From Flexilinea sp. (lineage in GTDB: Bacteria > Chloroflexota > Anaerolineae > Anaerolineales > Anaerolineaceae): a DNA stretch of 24,000 bases. Location of the stretch: NCBI GenBank assembly GCA_017432685.1, contig JAFRIR010000042.1, positions 15,249-39,248 of the forward strand, given 5' to 3'. Under the pieces are notes generated by a model. It ran no database searches. It was not told the origin of the DNA and was given only the letters and a program-made list of their open reading frames with translations. The position numbers and the translations under genes were made by a program. Position 1 is the stretch's first letter. Each line of letters begins with the position of its first letter. Below, one piece after another: positions 1 through 8,800 of the stretch.

Positions 1-3000
1 TTTTGTTGCCGGAACTAATCCTGTCTCTATCGCATCGCGGCTTTCCGAAATAATATTTTTCGGTATTTCACGATATCCATTGAAACCGGAATCCATTTTG
101 AATTCCTGCAAATCTGAAACAATATTTGATACGGATGACTCCGCTTCGCTGAATCCGCTGACCATTGTTTCGGTAAATTCAAGCGGTTTTGCCTGGGTGA
201 GCTGGGTTTCCACCTCTGTAACCAGGATTTCCGCGGCTTCTGCGGCTGCATCTGCAAATGGATTGTCTGTATCGCTTATCCCGTTCGCAGCGGTAATATC
301 ATACATTCTCTGCTGATATTCTTTTGCTAATTTCTCTTGTGCCTCATCTAAATCCAATTCACCCAGATACTCGCCGAATGTAGCAAACGGATTGTCACGC
401 ATAAATTCATCGAATCCATTTTGCAATGATCCGACAAATTCGACAGCATCTTTCGCGGATAATTCAAATTCGCCATTGGAAATAGATGACAGCATGTCAG
501 ATGTACTTCCGGCGGTCGTACCAATCTCGGTCAGTGTATCGCATAATTCTACGCCCTGCTGTTTGAAATAATATTCGGCAACGGCGATCTGCTCTTCCGT
601 GAAATCTTTTCGATGCAAATCAAAAAAGTCCATTGCATCTAAAGACTGTTTTTGATATTCTTCATACATCCATTCCGGCGTAAAGTCATAATAGTGTTTG
701 ACGTATTCCGATAAAGGTAATTCTCCGTAGCCGCCGTTCCCGGTATACCCAATGCCATCCAGGATTTGCAGCATGGCATTTCGCACATCGTTGCTTGCCC
801 AAAGTTCAGGGTAAGTCTTTTCCATGTAATTGACTAAATCCCAGCCATTCCAGGAATCGCCCTTACCTGCGGCGGTCATATTGCTGTCGAAGTTGTGCAG
901 CGTTACAAGGGCGTTGTCCACGGCTGCAATTCCGTATTTTTGTTTGTATTCCTGCGTCTTATCAAATTCTTTTTTGTGATCATCCCACCAGTTTACAATT
1001 GCATCCCCGCCGGGAATAATCGATCCAATGCCATGAATTACCGCTGTCAATACATTTGCAAACAGGTTTTCTATCGTGAGTATCAATGAATCGATCAACC
1101 TTTGACTGGCATCAGCAAGATTTGAATAATCGCCTTCCAATTTATCAAAATTACCTGAATATAAATCGACAAATATATCTTTGATACTGTCCAATAAATT
1201 GAATAATTCTCTGACATTCCCCATAATGTCTGTAGCCGCCTGCCCAATTCCTTTGATAGCGGGGGGAACAGCGTTTAATATCGCAGTTCCGACGATGGCA
1301 GCAATGATCCCGAGAAGTTCTAACGATCCCCTGAAATCTTCAATTGCTTCGTCATCAAAGATTTCCTCGAATTTTGTTCCTATTTTTTGAAGGGTTTCAG
1401 TAATTGAATCAACGATATCTTGAATCTTTTCCTGTAAATATTCAAGGCCCTGTGTGATTGTCTCTCTGTTTTCTTCGCCGAAGATATTTACCAGCACTTC
1501 GGTAATGCCGGATTGAAGTTCTTTTCCTAATTCTTCTCCGACAGCTTCTAATCCGCCTTCACCAAAGGCCTTTTTTAGATTTTGCGTAAATTCGGTTCCT
1601 ATGACCGAATCAGAAAAATCTATCAGCCCTTTTACAATGTTTTCGAGTATTCTGTGTCCGATTTCTTCGAATGCCCCGGCACGATCCCCGGATGTCAGCA
1701 TTTCATTGATTTGACCTGCAAAAACTTCACCATCCGCTCCGCCGCCACCGATCCATGTGATCAGACCATCCCAAATCTTAGTGCCGATGGTCGTTCCGAC
1801 ACCCGACCATCCATCTGTTTCAAAGGATTTATTCAATTCGTTTATGAATTCATTTACCCTGTTTTCAGCATCAGTACCGAACAGAATACCAACAACATCA
1901 ACAGCTCCCTGCTGTAATGCGGCTTCCCATGTTCCTTTGTTTTCATTTACGTATGTTTCTAAATCAGTTGTTATTTTATCGAAAACACCTGCTAATCCGC
2001 CGTTTTCGTAAGCATTGCCGATTTCATTGACATATTTTTCCGTGTCTGCAATTGCTTTTTCTGCGTTGGCTTTTGAATCTTCACCAAACAGGACGCCGAC
2101 AACATTAATCGCCCCGCTCTTTATCGCGTTGTACCATTCTTCTTTATGGGCAGCAACCAGATTTGTTATATCAGTGGTGATCTGTTCAAATACCCCGGTA
2201 AGACCTTCTTTTTTGTAGGTAACACTCAGATCCTTGAAATAGAGTTCAATAGCCGACAGATTCTTCATGAATGTCCGTCCGGCATCTTCCCCAAAGAATC
2301 CGGTGATCAGCTGTCCCGCATTTGCTTTGATTTTTTCGTAAGCTGTCAGGAAACTTTGTTCCAGATATTCCCCGATGTCGTCGCCAATCGTCCGTAATGC
2401 TCCTATTATTCCGCCTTCTTTATAAGCGGCCACAATTTTATCTTTGTACGCAACAATATCCGCAACGACGTTTTCGATATCGGTTTTTATTTTTGTGAAC
2501 ACGCCTTCAATTCCGCCTTCTTTGAAAGCGTTGATGATATCGGTGACGTATTGAACAGCCGGATTATGAGCAATGTTTATTTCAAACAGATTTTTGAACA
2601 TGGTCTTCATTCGCTGAATGATGCTGTCCAATTCTTCTGCTTTGATAATTCCTGACAAACCTTTATTTTTGTCCCAGGCTTTCAGAATATTTTTGTAGGC
2701 ATCGCTTGCGGATGTACTGATTTTCTCCCATACTCCGGACCATTTCTTCTGTTTGAATACAGCATACAGATCGGTAACATAATCCTTCAGTTTCCCGACC
2801 CGTTCCTGAATATGGAACAGGTTTTTATTCCATGCCAAACCCAGCGCGGCTCCGGCAACAGTAAGCCCGGCGACGGGGCTTGTCAGCAGATTTGTAAGTA
2901 ATCCGCTGATTTTTGATATCGTGCTTACAGCCATCGCCGCGGTGAATGCGATTCCAATTCCTTTGATGGCGTCAATGATTTTGTCCTTGTTCGTCAGGAA

Positions 3001-4236
3001 TTTATCAACATACACTTTTATGCTGCCTAATTTCTGAAGCCAGTCATCAGCAAATTCTTCACCGCCGAGATTTTTCAGAAAATATCTCGCCGCATCCAAT
3101 TTCAAAGATTTTCCGCTGAAGAAATCTCTCAAATTGTTGAGTGCACGCATCATATTGCCGTTTTCAAGTTCGGCGCCCAGCTTTTGCAGCGGTTCAATGG
3201 TCTTTTGCACCCAATTGTTTATATTTTGGCCCCATTGCGTAAACTGGCCGCCCGTCAGAAGTTCCATAAGGTATTCGATATACGGCTTCAGAGTTTTGGA
3301 TAATGTTTTTGATGCTTCCAGAAACAGGTCATTGAGTGCGTTGTCTTTAATATCACCCCAGGAATTCTTCAGCCCGCCGATTGTAGACGCCATTGCCTCC
3401 ACAGAACCGCCGTAATTTTCACTCGCATACTGTGACAATGCATCATAGAAATCCTGAATCTGGATTTTCCCGGATTTGACTGCATTATTAAACGCATTAT
3501 GATCCTCGATAACCATATTGTACTTTTTGCCGATAATGTCAAAAATGGCATTCATTTTGTCTCTGCCAAATCCATTATTGGCAAATTGATTCAAGTCCTG
3601 CTGAGTGATCTTACTTGTAGCTCCGGTCTGCGCAAGTGCCCTGGAAAAACCGCCCATCATTTCCTGTGTCATTCCAAGCCCGGAACCAAGTTCAAGAATT
3701 GCTTTTGTGGTTTTCTTTGTTGTTTCAATATTCTGTCCGCCGAGATTCGCATTTGTCATAAATGAATTGATGACTTCGGTATACTGATAAGGCGAAATCA
3801 AAGATATTTCTTTGAACCATGCCATCAGTTCATTTTTTTCTTTTTCTGCCTGCGCCATTGCACTCTGGTAACTTGATGCTCTGCCGGTCTTATACATCTC
3901 TGTAGCAACGATGGATTGCAGCTTCATTTCTGTGTTCTGCATATTTTCCATTTGAGCATATAATTGTTTGCCAAACTTTGAAACACGTTTATAGGCGTTT
4001 TCAAAGCCGTCGGCAATAAGATTTCCGGCTGCTACCAGACTTACACCCTTCAGCGCATTGTGCAGCTCCCCAACCGCGGATGACGTGCTTTTGATCGACC
4101 TTTCTGCATTCCCGCTGACAGAGAAGGCTTTATCCATCTGTGCGGCTGTAGACCGTACCTTCGCGGTCAGGTCGTCCAGTGCGCTCTCGAATTGTTTCGT
4201 ACTTGCATTGATGTCAATAACAACGTTGTCTGCCAT
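1..4236 (-). CDS. Phage tail tape measure protein, N-terminal 1412 codons (3' end lies beyond the left window edge)
   Basis: The minus-strand frame set by ATG 4236-4234 has no stop codon down to nt 1; I checked it triplet by triplet. An SD-like AAAGGAAG lies 8 nt upstream and an in-frame stop lies at 4249-4251. The translation starts MADNVVIDINASTKQFESALDDLTAKVRS. It contains a TP901-type TMP-core-like segment (MGGFSRALAQTGATSKITQQDLNQFANNGFG), a central hydrophobic stretch (GIGIAFTAAMAVSTISKISGLLTNLL...GAALGLAW) and tandem degenerate ~60-aa repeats (EGG[IL]xGVFxKIxTDIxNxV). It is absent from the ORF track because it has no stop inside the window. Confidence 0.85.
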   Translation of the reverse strand, partial: MADNVVIDINASTKQFESALDDLTAKVRSTAAQMDKAFSVSGNAERSIKSTSSAVGELHNALKGVSLVAAGNLIADGFENAYKRVSKFGKQLYAQMENMQNTEMKLQSIVATEMYKTGRASSYQSAMAQAEKEKNELMAWFKEISLISPYQYTEVINSFMTNANLGGQNIETTKKTTKAILELGSGLGMTQEMMGGFSRALAQTGATSKITQQDLNQFANNGFGRDKMNAIFDIIGKKYNMVIEDHNAFNNAVKSGKIQIQDFYDALSQYASENYGGSVEAMASTIGGLKNSWGDIKDNALNDLFLEASKTLSKTLKPYIEYLMELLTGGQFTQWGQNINNWVQKTIEPLQKLGAELENGNMMRALNNLRDFFSGKSLKLDAARYFLKNLGGEEFADDWLQKLGSIKVYVDKFLTNKDKIIDAIKGIGIAFTAAMAVSTISKISGLLTNLLTSPVAGLTVAGAALGLAWNKNLFHIQERVGKLKDYVTDLYAVFKQKKWSGVWEKISTSASDAYKNILKAWDKNKGLSGIIKAEELDSIIQRMKTMFKNLFEINIAHNPAVQYVTDIINAFKEGGIEGVFTKIKTDIENVVADIVAYKDKIVAAYKEGGIIGALRTIGDDIGEYLEQSFLTAYEKIKANAGQLITGFFGEDAGRTFMKNLSAIELYFKDLSVTYKKEGLTGVFEQITTDITNLVAAHKEEWYNAIKSGAINVVGVLFGEDSKANAEKAIADTEKYVNEIGNAYENGGLAGVFDKITTDLETYVNENKGTWEAALQQGAVDVVGILFGTDAENRVNEFINELNKSFETDGWSGVGTTIGTKIWDGLITWIGGGGADGEVFAGQINEMLTSGDRAGAFEEIGHRILENIVKGLIDFSDSVIGTEFTQNLKKAFGEGGLEAVGEELGKELQSGITEVLVNIFGEENRETITQGLEYLQEKIQDIVDSITETLQKIGTKFEEIFDDEAIEDFRGSLELLGIIAAIVGTAILNAVPPAIKGIGQAATDIMGNVRELFNLLDSIKDIFVDLYSGNFDKLEGDYSNLADASQRLIDSLILTIENLFANVLTAVIHGIGSIIPGGDAIVNWWDDHKKEFDKTQEYKQKYGIAAVDNALVTLHNFDSNMTAAGKGDSWNGWDLVNYMEKTYPELWASNDVRNAMLQILDGIGYTGNGGYGELPLSEYVKHYYDFTPEWMYEEYQKQSLDAMDFFDLHRKDFTEEQIAVAEYYFKQQGVELCDTLTEIGTTAGSTSDMLSSISNGEFELSAKDAVEFVGSLQNGFDEFMRDNPFATFGEYLGELDLDEAQEKLAKEYQQRMYDITAANGISDTDNPFADAAAEAAEILVTEVETQLTQAKPLEFTETMVSGFSEAESSVSNIVSDLQEFKMDSGFNGYREIPKNIISESRDAIETGLVPATK

Positions 4237-4270
4237 AATTCGATCTTCCTTTCAGATGGATTTCGATTAA

Positions 4271-4307
4271 TAAAAAAAGAAGACTGCCGTTTCAGAGCAG
4301 CCTTCTT
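4271..4307 (-). terminator. Rho-independent terminator hairpin in the leader of the tape measure gene (cassette A)
   Basis: The minus-strand RNA reads AAGAAGGCUGC-UCUGAAACG-GCAGUCUUCUU. This is an 11-bp stem (4277-4287 / 4297-4307) with one G.U pair that would be an A.C mismatch on the plus strand. It is followed by UUUUU. The hairpin lies 35-70 nt upstream of the ATG at 4236. Confidence 0.6.
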
Positions 4308-4330
4308 AGGGTCTTTTTTTCTCTATATCT

Positions 4331-4358
4331 ATTATATCATAACAGAGAATAAGAGCAA
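4331..4358 (-). promoter_or_regulatory. Candidate extended -10 promoter (TGATATAAT) with a weak -35, cassette A
   Basis: On the minus strand TGATATAAT occupies 4339-4331 and TTGCTC occupies 4358-4353, with a 16-nt spacer. The same 11-mer ATGATATAATA recurs at 15901-15891. There is no experimental support. Confidence 0.4.
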
Positions 4359-4454
4359 ATTTTCAGTCGTAGAAATATATATAGTTATTCGTTATTTTCT
4401 TAGCGTTTTTTTACTCATGCCGTCTCTTGCGCACTAATAAAACTTTGACATCAT

Positions 4455-4475
4455 CCCTCGGCTAAAGCACGTGGG
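4455..4475 (-). repeat. Solo IS200/IS605-type subterminal hairpin (GCTTTAGC core)
   Basis: The minus-strand sequence CCCACGTGCTTTAGCCGAGGG ATGATGTCAAAG aligns with both end hairpins of the TnpB element. The RE reads CCCATCGAGCTTTAGCTCGTGGG TACGTCAAGC and the LE reads CCTTGGAGCTTTAGCTCCGAGG ATGAAAGCTG. No adjacent transposase ORF is present. Confidence 0.45.
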
Positions 4476-4561
4476 CTTTCTTGTGGTAGTTCCGCAAAAC
4501 AGAATATCCCGTACTCAATAATGTTGTTTGTCTTATTCTTTCAACAACAATTGGTCATATC

Positions 4562-7500
4562 CTACACGCAGACATAATAAACTCTATTTGTTTCCAGTGA
4601 TGATGTTCCGGCAGTTAAATCTGTCGTTGATATAGAATAATAATTCGAGTAATTTCCACTATGCAATAGTTTATACCAAGTCGGTGCTGAAGCTGAAGAT
4701 GTTGCAGTTTTATATTCCCCGTACCCAACATACCAATCAGCCGTGCGGTGCAAATTTACGATATAAGATGCCAAATAATTGCTATGAGACGAAACAAAAC
4801 CGTTATACCATCCATTTGTTGGTCCGCCTGATGGGGCGGATTGGTCAAAAGTTACATATTTACTTAATGGCTGTGTCGTAGTAAAACTATAGCTTGATTT
4901 ATGCAAGTTTGTTGATGTACTTATTGTCCATGATTTTTTACTTCCAGCACTGGTTCCTGTTGTATCTCCTGTTAGCGTTACCGTTGCGTCAGAAGAGAAT
5001 TGCGTTGCAGTCGCAGCATTCCCCGTACAACTTGTTGAGGAACCGTCACAATTACCAGTTATGTTTGCTTCAAGTTTTCCCGTTGCACCATTCCAAGCAA
5101 TACTTCTTGCAAAACTATTCGTTGTACGACCTTTTTCCCCATATCCAATATACAACCTATCATCACTGGATGAATAAGTTGATATTGCTATTCTGCCATT
5201 TTTTGTCGGGCCACATATCCAACCACCATAAGTGTTTGCATCATCTGTAAGTGTTACAACAGAGCTGGTCAGACTGTTCACCCAGGTATTACTTCTGTAA
5301 CTTGATGTCATTGCTCCCGTCATCGTTCCGCCAGCCAACGGAAGATAACTGTGCGTATGGCTTGAAGCAGCCGCACCGATATTCGCCGGAGTGATCCCAA
5401 GATTCGTCCGTGCATTGGCGGCTGTTGTGGCGCCTGTGCCACCGTTTGTAATGGCGACGGTTCCGGTGACATTGGTTGCGTTTCCGTTGAGCTTACCGTT
5501 AAACTGAGCTGCATATACGTTTCCATTGCGACAATTGATGGAAACAGCGTTCGTTCCTGTGTACGTTGCTCCTGAACAACCGGTAGTAAATGACACACCA
5601 TACCAGGAATTAAACACGAGATTATTCAATGCACCACCGACACCGTTCGCAGCATCATTTGGTCCGTTATAAATAGAATTTTGTCCTTTGCTATTGAAAT
5701 TTAATGCTCCCGTCATCGTGTCGCCGGATTTGCTGACTTTTCCGCTCAGTGCCGTATCCATTTCCGATTCAGTATAATATCGATCGTCATGCGTGTGACC
5801 GCTGTCAGCCTTTCCCGACAGTCCGTCCTGGACAAACGCCGTTGTTGCAATCTGCGTTGTATTCGTGCCGGAAGCAGCCGTTGGAGCAGTCGGCGTTCCT
5901 GTGAAATTCGGCGAAACCAGCTGCGCTTTTGATTTCAGTTCATTTGCGATCTGCACGACCGTTGCCTCACTCGAATCCCATGCTCCAGCGGGATGGTCAA
6001 TTTCATACCGCCACAATTCGTTATCATAGATCACATAATCACCGATGGAATAGGTCACAGCATCACTGAACTGTGTCGCAACGGCATCATTGCTGATTTT
6101 CCCGTCAAGAGCATCTTTCAGGTCGGTCTGAGATGTGATATTTCCGAAAATCGCGCCCCAGTTCACAGCACTGACAAAATGTCCTTCGCTGTCAGCGATC
6201 ATCAGCCACGTGCCGTTCCGCCTTCCGTAATAATTCCCGTCAAACGGAGCATCGCTCTTTCCCGCCAGTGACCCGAGGTCTGAGACATTGGCTTTCCGTT
6301 TCAGCTCTCCGGCTGCTGTCACCGCTGAAACCAGTGTGCTGTCCCACGTTCCCTCCGCACTGTGGGGAGTTGTAAACCGATACAGTACGCCATCCTTCAG
6401 GACAAAGTCCCCCGCTTCATAATCCTGAACCGCAAAATTGTCGGCGACAATCGCCTCAACTTCCGAATCATCCCAGGGTGTGGATGTTACTTCATGTGCG
6501 GATGTAAAAATATAATAGGAATTGTCATAAACGCAGATATCCCCGACAGTGTAATCCTGCGTGCTGTCAAATTCACCGGCTGGAATTTCTTCTGCTTCCT
6601 CAGCATCAAAGGCGCCGGAACTGTGCGCGGATGTGAACTGATACAGGGCACCGTTATAAAGAACATAATCATCTACGTCATATGCCTGTTCACTGCTGAA
6701 TCCGTTGACAGACAATTGTGATACCTCATTATCATCCCAGGGCGTTTCTGCCGTATGGGAAGCGGTGAATAGATAATACGCATCCTCATACATGACAACA
6801 TCCCCGACAGCATATTCCGACGTATCGTCGAACAGCTCTGCTGTGATTTCCGTGACTTCATTTACATCAAAGGCGCCGGAGCCGTGTGAAGATGTAAATT
6901 GATACAGCGTATCGTTGTATATCACATAATCACCGATAGCATAGGATTCCTCGCTGTCAAATTCCTCAGCTGTCAGTTCCGATACGTCGTCATCGTCCCA
7001 CGGTGAATGCAGAGTATGCTCTGCGGTAAAGATATAATAGGCGTCCTGATATGTGACGATATCCCCGGCGGCATAATTCTGCGTGTCGTCAAAATCCTCC
7101 GCGGTGATTTCCGTGACTTCCGTATCATTCCATGCGTTCTGAGACGGGGAGGTGAATCGGTAGAAGGTATTGTTGTAGATACAATAATCCCCAACATTGT
7201 ATACGGCTGCCGGATCATATGCAGCGCAGAGATTCGGGTCAAAATCCAGATAGGCCATTTCGCCAAGGGCATCCATCTCCCCCTGCACAAAGGCAGTCGT
7301 CGCGATTTGCGTGCTGTCATCCCCGACAGCAGGGGTTGGAGCCGTCGGTGTTCCGCTCAGTGCAGGAGAGACCAGCGGAGCTTTTGCGTTCAGTGCGTTC
7401 TGCAAATCTGTTTGATTTGCAAGACTGCCCTGAATTTCGCCCCAGTCCAGATGGGTACCGGATTCAAAATAGATATACTCATCCTCATAAGAAGAATGGA

Positions 7501-8704
7501 TCCCCACTCCATGAGGCCCCTGCGGGATAGCAAAGTTGAGGATCGCCGCATAGGCTGTTCCCGAGTTCGTCACTCTCGCCTGTTCGCCGGAGGCAAGGGT
7601 CGTGACACTTCCGACACTGACCGTCGCTGCATCTCCTTTATCTCCCTTCGGTATGCCAAAATTGAACACGGCGTCATGACTGTCGCCCGAATTGGATACG
7701 GTCGGATTCGATCCTTCCGGGAGGACTGTAGCTGTCCCGGCCGTAATGGTCGCCGCGTCTCCCTTATCTCCTTTATCGACAATTCGCAGCCAGTATGTGG
7801 TGTTGGATAATGCAGTTTCCGCGGGAACATTGCGTTTGGCAAGGTATCCGTTCCCGGCATCATAGACTAAATCCAAACGGGTATATGCTATGGAATTTGA
7901 CCACACACCCACAGGATGGATAGCAATCTGTACGGATTCGGGATTGTCCAGTCCCGCGTTATTGGTCCAGCTGAGAATCCCCGCCTCATCAACGGACGGT
8001 TCATAGTACCAGCCCGCATCCAGGATGATCTCGTTACCTTCCGTGGCACTGTACGGGTCGGGGAGATACCTTGCCCCTGCCCCTGCTCCATTCGGGATGT
8101 AGAAATCGAAGATAGCATCGTTTACAGTCCCCCTCATGACCACACTTGCGGGCGTTCCCGCGGGTACAGTGGTCGTATTCCCGACCTGCACGGTAGCTCT
8201 GTCCCCCTTTTCCAGCACAAAGTCCAGAATCGCATCGTAAATTGTCCCGCGGTTTGTGACAGATGGAGACGATCCCGATGTCACATTTCCTACCCGAACG
8301 GTCGCCGCTTTCCCGTAATTCACGGAATTGGCGCAGATCACCCGCTCCATGAAAGCATCTTCGTATACGATGACAAAGAATGCCCGCATCCCGGTATACT
8401 GAAAGGAATATGTTCCGCTGATGTTTCTGCTCCATTCGGTCGATACGGCAAAGGCACGCCCTTCGTTGGTCATATACTGCACAAAGGCATAATGCTGATC
8501 CGTACAGATCTCTCCGTTCCGGTACAAGTCCATGGTCAGCGTCCCGTCAGGGACTCCTGTCATGGTAAGCCGCAATTCCCATACATCGCCATCTCTCCCC
8601 TGCGGGCCTGTCGCTCCTGTAGCCCCCTGTATGCCCTGTTTTGTGTACTGCATAACAATCGGGTTCTCGTTTACTTGAATCATGATCCCTGTTTTCTTTG
8701 CCAT
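4562..8704 (-). CDS. Large phage tail fibre / receptor-binding protein (~1380 aa)
   Basis: The ORF track gives 4562..8758. I prefer the internal ATG at 8704 (MAKKTGIMIQVNENPIV), which is preceded by GCGGGGTAAAA. The protein has a short collagen-like GxY run (GIQGATGATGPQGRDGD) and repeated beta-rich modules (TVxVGxVTxxxxxxxxVTNxGTxxDAIxxFxIPxG). It has 8 copies of a ~43-aa YxxGDxVxY...FTxxH...WD repeat. It also carries motifs common in phage fibres (GHTHDDRYYTESE, NGGTGATTAANARTNLG). Its C-terminus is homologous to that of the 555-aa fibre. The stop codon is TAG. Confidence 0.8.
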   Translation of the reverse strand: MAKKTGIMIQVNENPIVMQYTKQGIQGATGATGPQGRDGDVWELRLTMTGVPDGTLTMDLYRNGEICTDQHYAFVQYMTNEGRAFAVSTEWSRNISGTYSFQYTGMRAFFVIVYEDAFMERVICANSVNYGKAATVRVGNVTSGSSPSVTNRGTIYDAILDFVLEKGDRATVQVGNTTTVPAGTPASVVMRGTVNDAIFDFYIPNGAGAGARYLPDPYSATEGNEIILDAGWYYEPSVDEAGILSWTNNAGLDNPESVQIAIHPVGVWSNSIAYTRLDLVYDAGNGYLAKRNVPAETALSNTTYWLRIVDKGDKGDAATITAGTATVLPEGSNPTVSNSGDSHDAVFNFGIPKGDKGDAATVSVGSVTTLASGEQARVTNSGTAYAAILNFAIPQGPHGVGIHSSYEDEYIYFESGTHLDWGEIQGSLANQTDLQNALNAKAPLVSPALSGTPTAPTPAVGDDSTQIATTAFVQGEMDALGEMAYLDFDPNLCAAYDPAAVYNVGDYCIYNNTFYRFTSPSQNAWNDTEVTEITAEDFDDTQNYAAGDIVTYQDAYYIFTAEHTLHSPWDDDDVSELTAEEFDSEESYAIGDYVIYNDTLYQFTSSHGSGAFDVNEVTEITAELFDDTSEYAVGDVVMYEDAYYLFTASHTAETPWDDNEVSQLSVNGFSSEQAYDVDDYVLYNGALYQFTSAHSSGAFDAEEAEEIPAGEFDSTQDYTVGDICVYDNSYYIFTSAHEVTSTPWDDSEVEAIVADNFAVQDYEAGDFVLKDGVLYRFTTPHSAEGTWDSTLVSAVTAAGELKRKANVSDLGSLAGKSDAPFDGNYYGRRNGTWLMIADSEGHFVSAVNWGAIFGNITSQTDLKDALDGKISNDAVATQFSDAVTYSIGDYVIYDNELWRYEIDHPAGAWDSSEATVVQIANELKSKAQLVSPNFTGTPTAPTAASGTNTTQIATTAFVQDGLSGKADSGHTHDDRYYTESEMDTALSGKVSKSGDTMTGALNFNSKGQNSIYNGPNDAANGVGGALNNLVFNSWYGVSFTTGCSGATYTGTNAVSINCRNGNVYAAQFNGKLNGNATNVTGTVAITNGGTGATTAANARTNLGITPANIGAAASSHTHSYLPLAGGTMTGAMTSSYRSNTWVNSLTSSVVTLTDDANTYGGWICGPTKNGRIAISTYSSSDDRLYIGYGEKGRTTNSFARSIAWNGATGKLEANITGNCDGSSTSCTGNAATATQFSSDATVTLTGDTTGTSAGSKKSWTISTSTNLHKSSYSFTTTQPLSKYVTFDQSAPSGGPTNGWYNGFVSSHSNYLASYIVNLHRTADWYVGYGEYKTATSSASAPTWYKLLHSGNYSNYYSISTTDLTAGTSSLETNRVYYVCV
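5351..5485 (-). repeat. ~135-bp segment shared with the 555-aa fibre gene (direct repeat, copy 1)
   Basis: This aligns by eye with 10271..10404 and includes a 31-bp identical core, ccggagtgatcccaagattcgtccgtgcatt. It encodes NVTGTVAI(T/A)NGGTGATTAANARTNLGITPANIGAA. Confidence 0.7.
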
Positions 8705-8800
8705 TTTTACCCCGCAAGTTCGATGTAGTCGATATCTTTTATTCTGCAATAATGCCATAGATGGAATTTACCCCCATGGCATTTTTCGTGTTTCTTCCCG

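Noticed and set aside
80-4437. The many 60-120-aa plus-strand ORFs in the track across the first 4.4 kb.
   Set aside because: All are antisense to the uninterrupted 1412-codon tape measure frame. They have low-complexity, Ser/Phe/Ile-rich translations and no ribosome binding sites.
7007-8728. The long plus-strand ORFs of 267 aa and 270 aa, plus several minus-strand out-of-frame ORFs inside the large fibre gene.
   Set aside because: Their Arg/Cys/Gly/Pro-rich compositions are typical of antisense or shifted frames of a GC-richer gene. They lack an RBS and are fully embedded in a well-supported fibre ORF.
8705-8758. The N-terminal extension MALLQNKRYRLHRTCGVK of the large fibre.
   Set aside because: It is a basic, atypical peptide. 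The internal ATG at 8704 has a closer SD-like GGGG and gives a conventional fibre N-terminus. This is kept as an alternative only.
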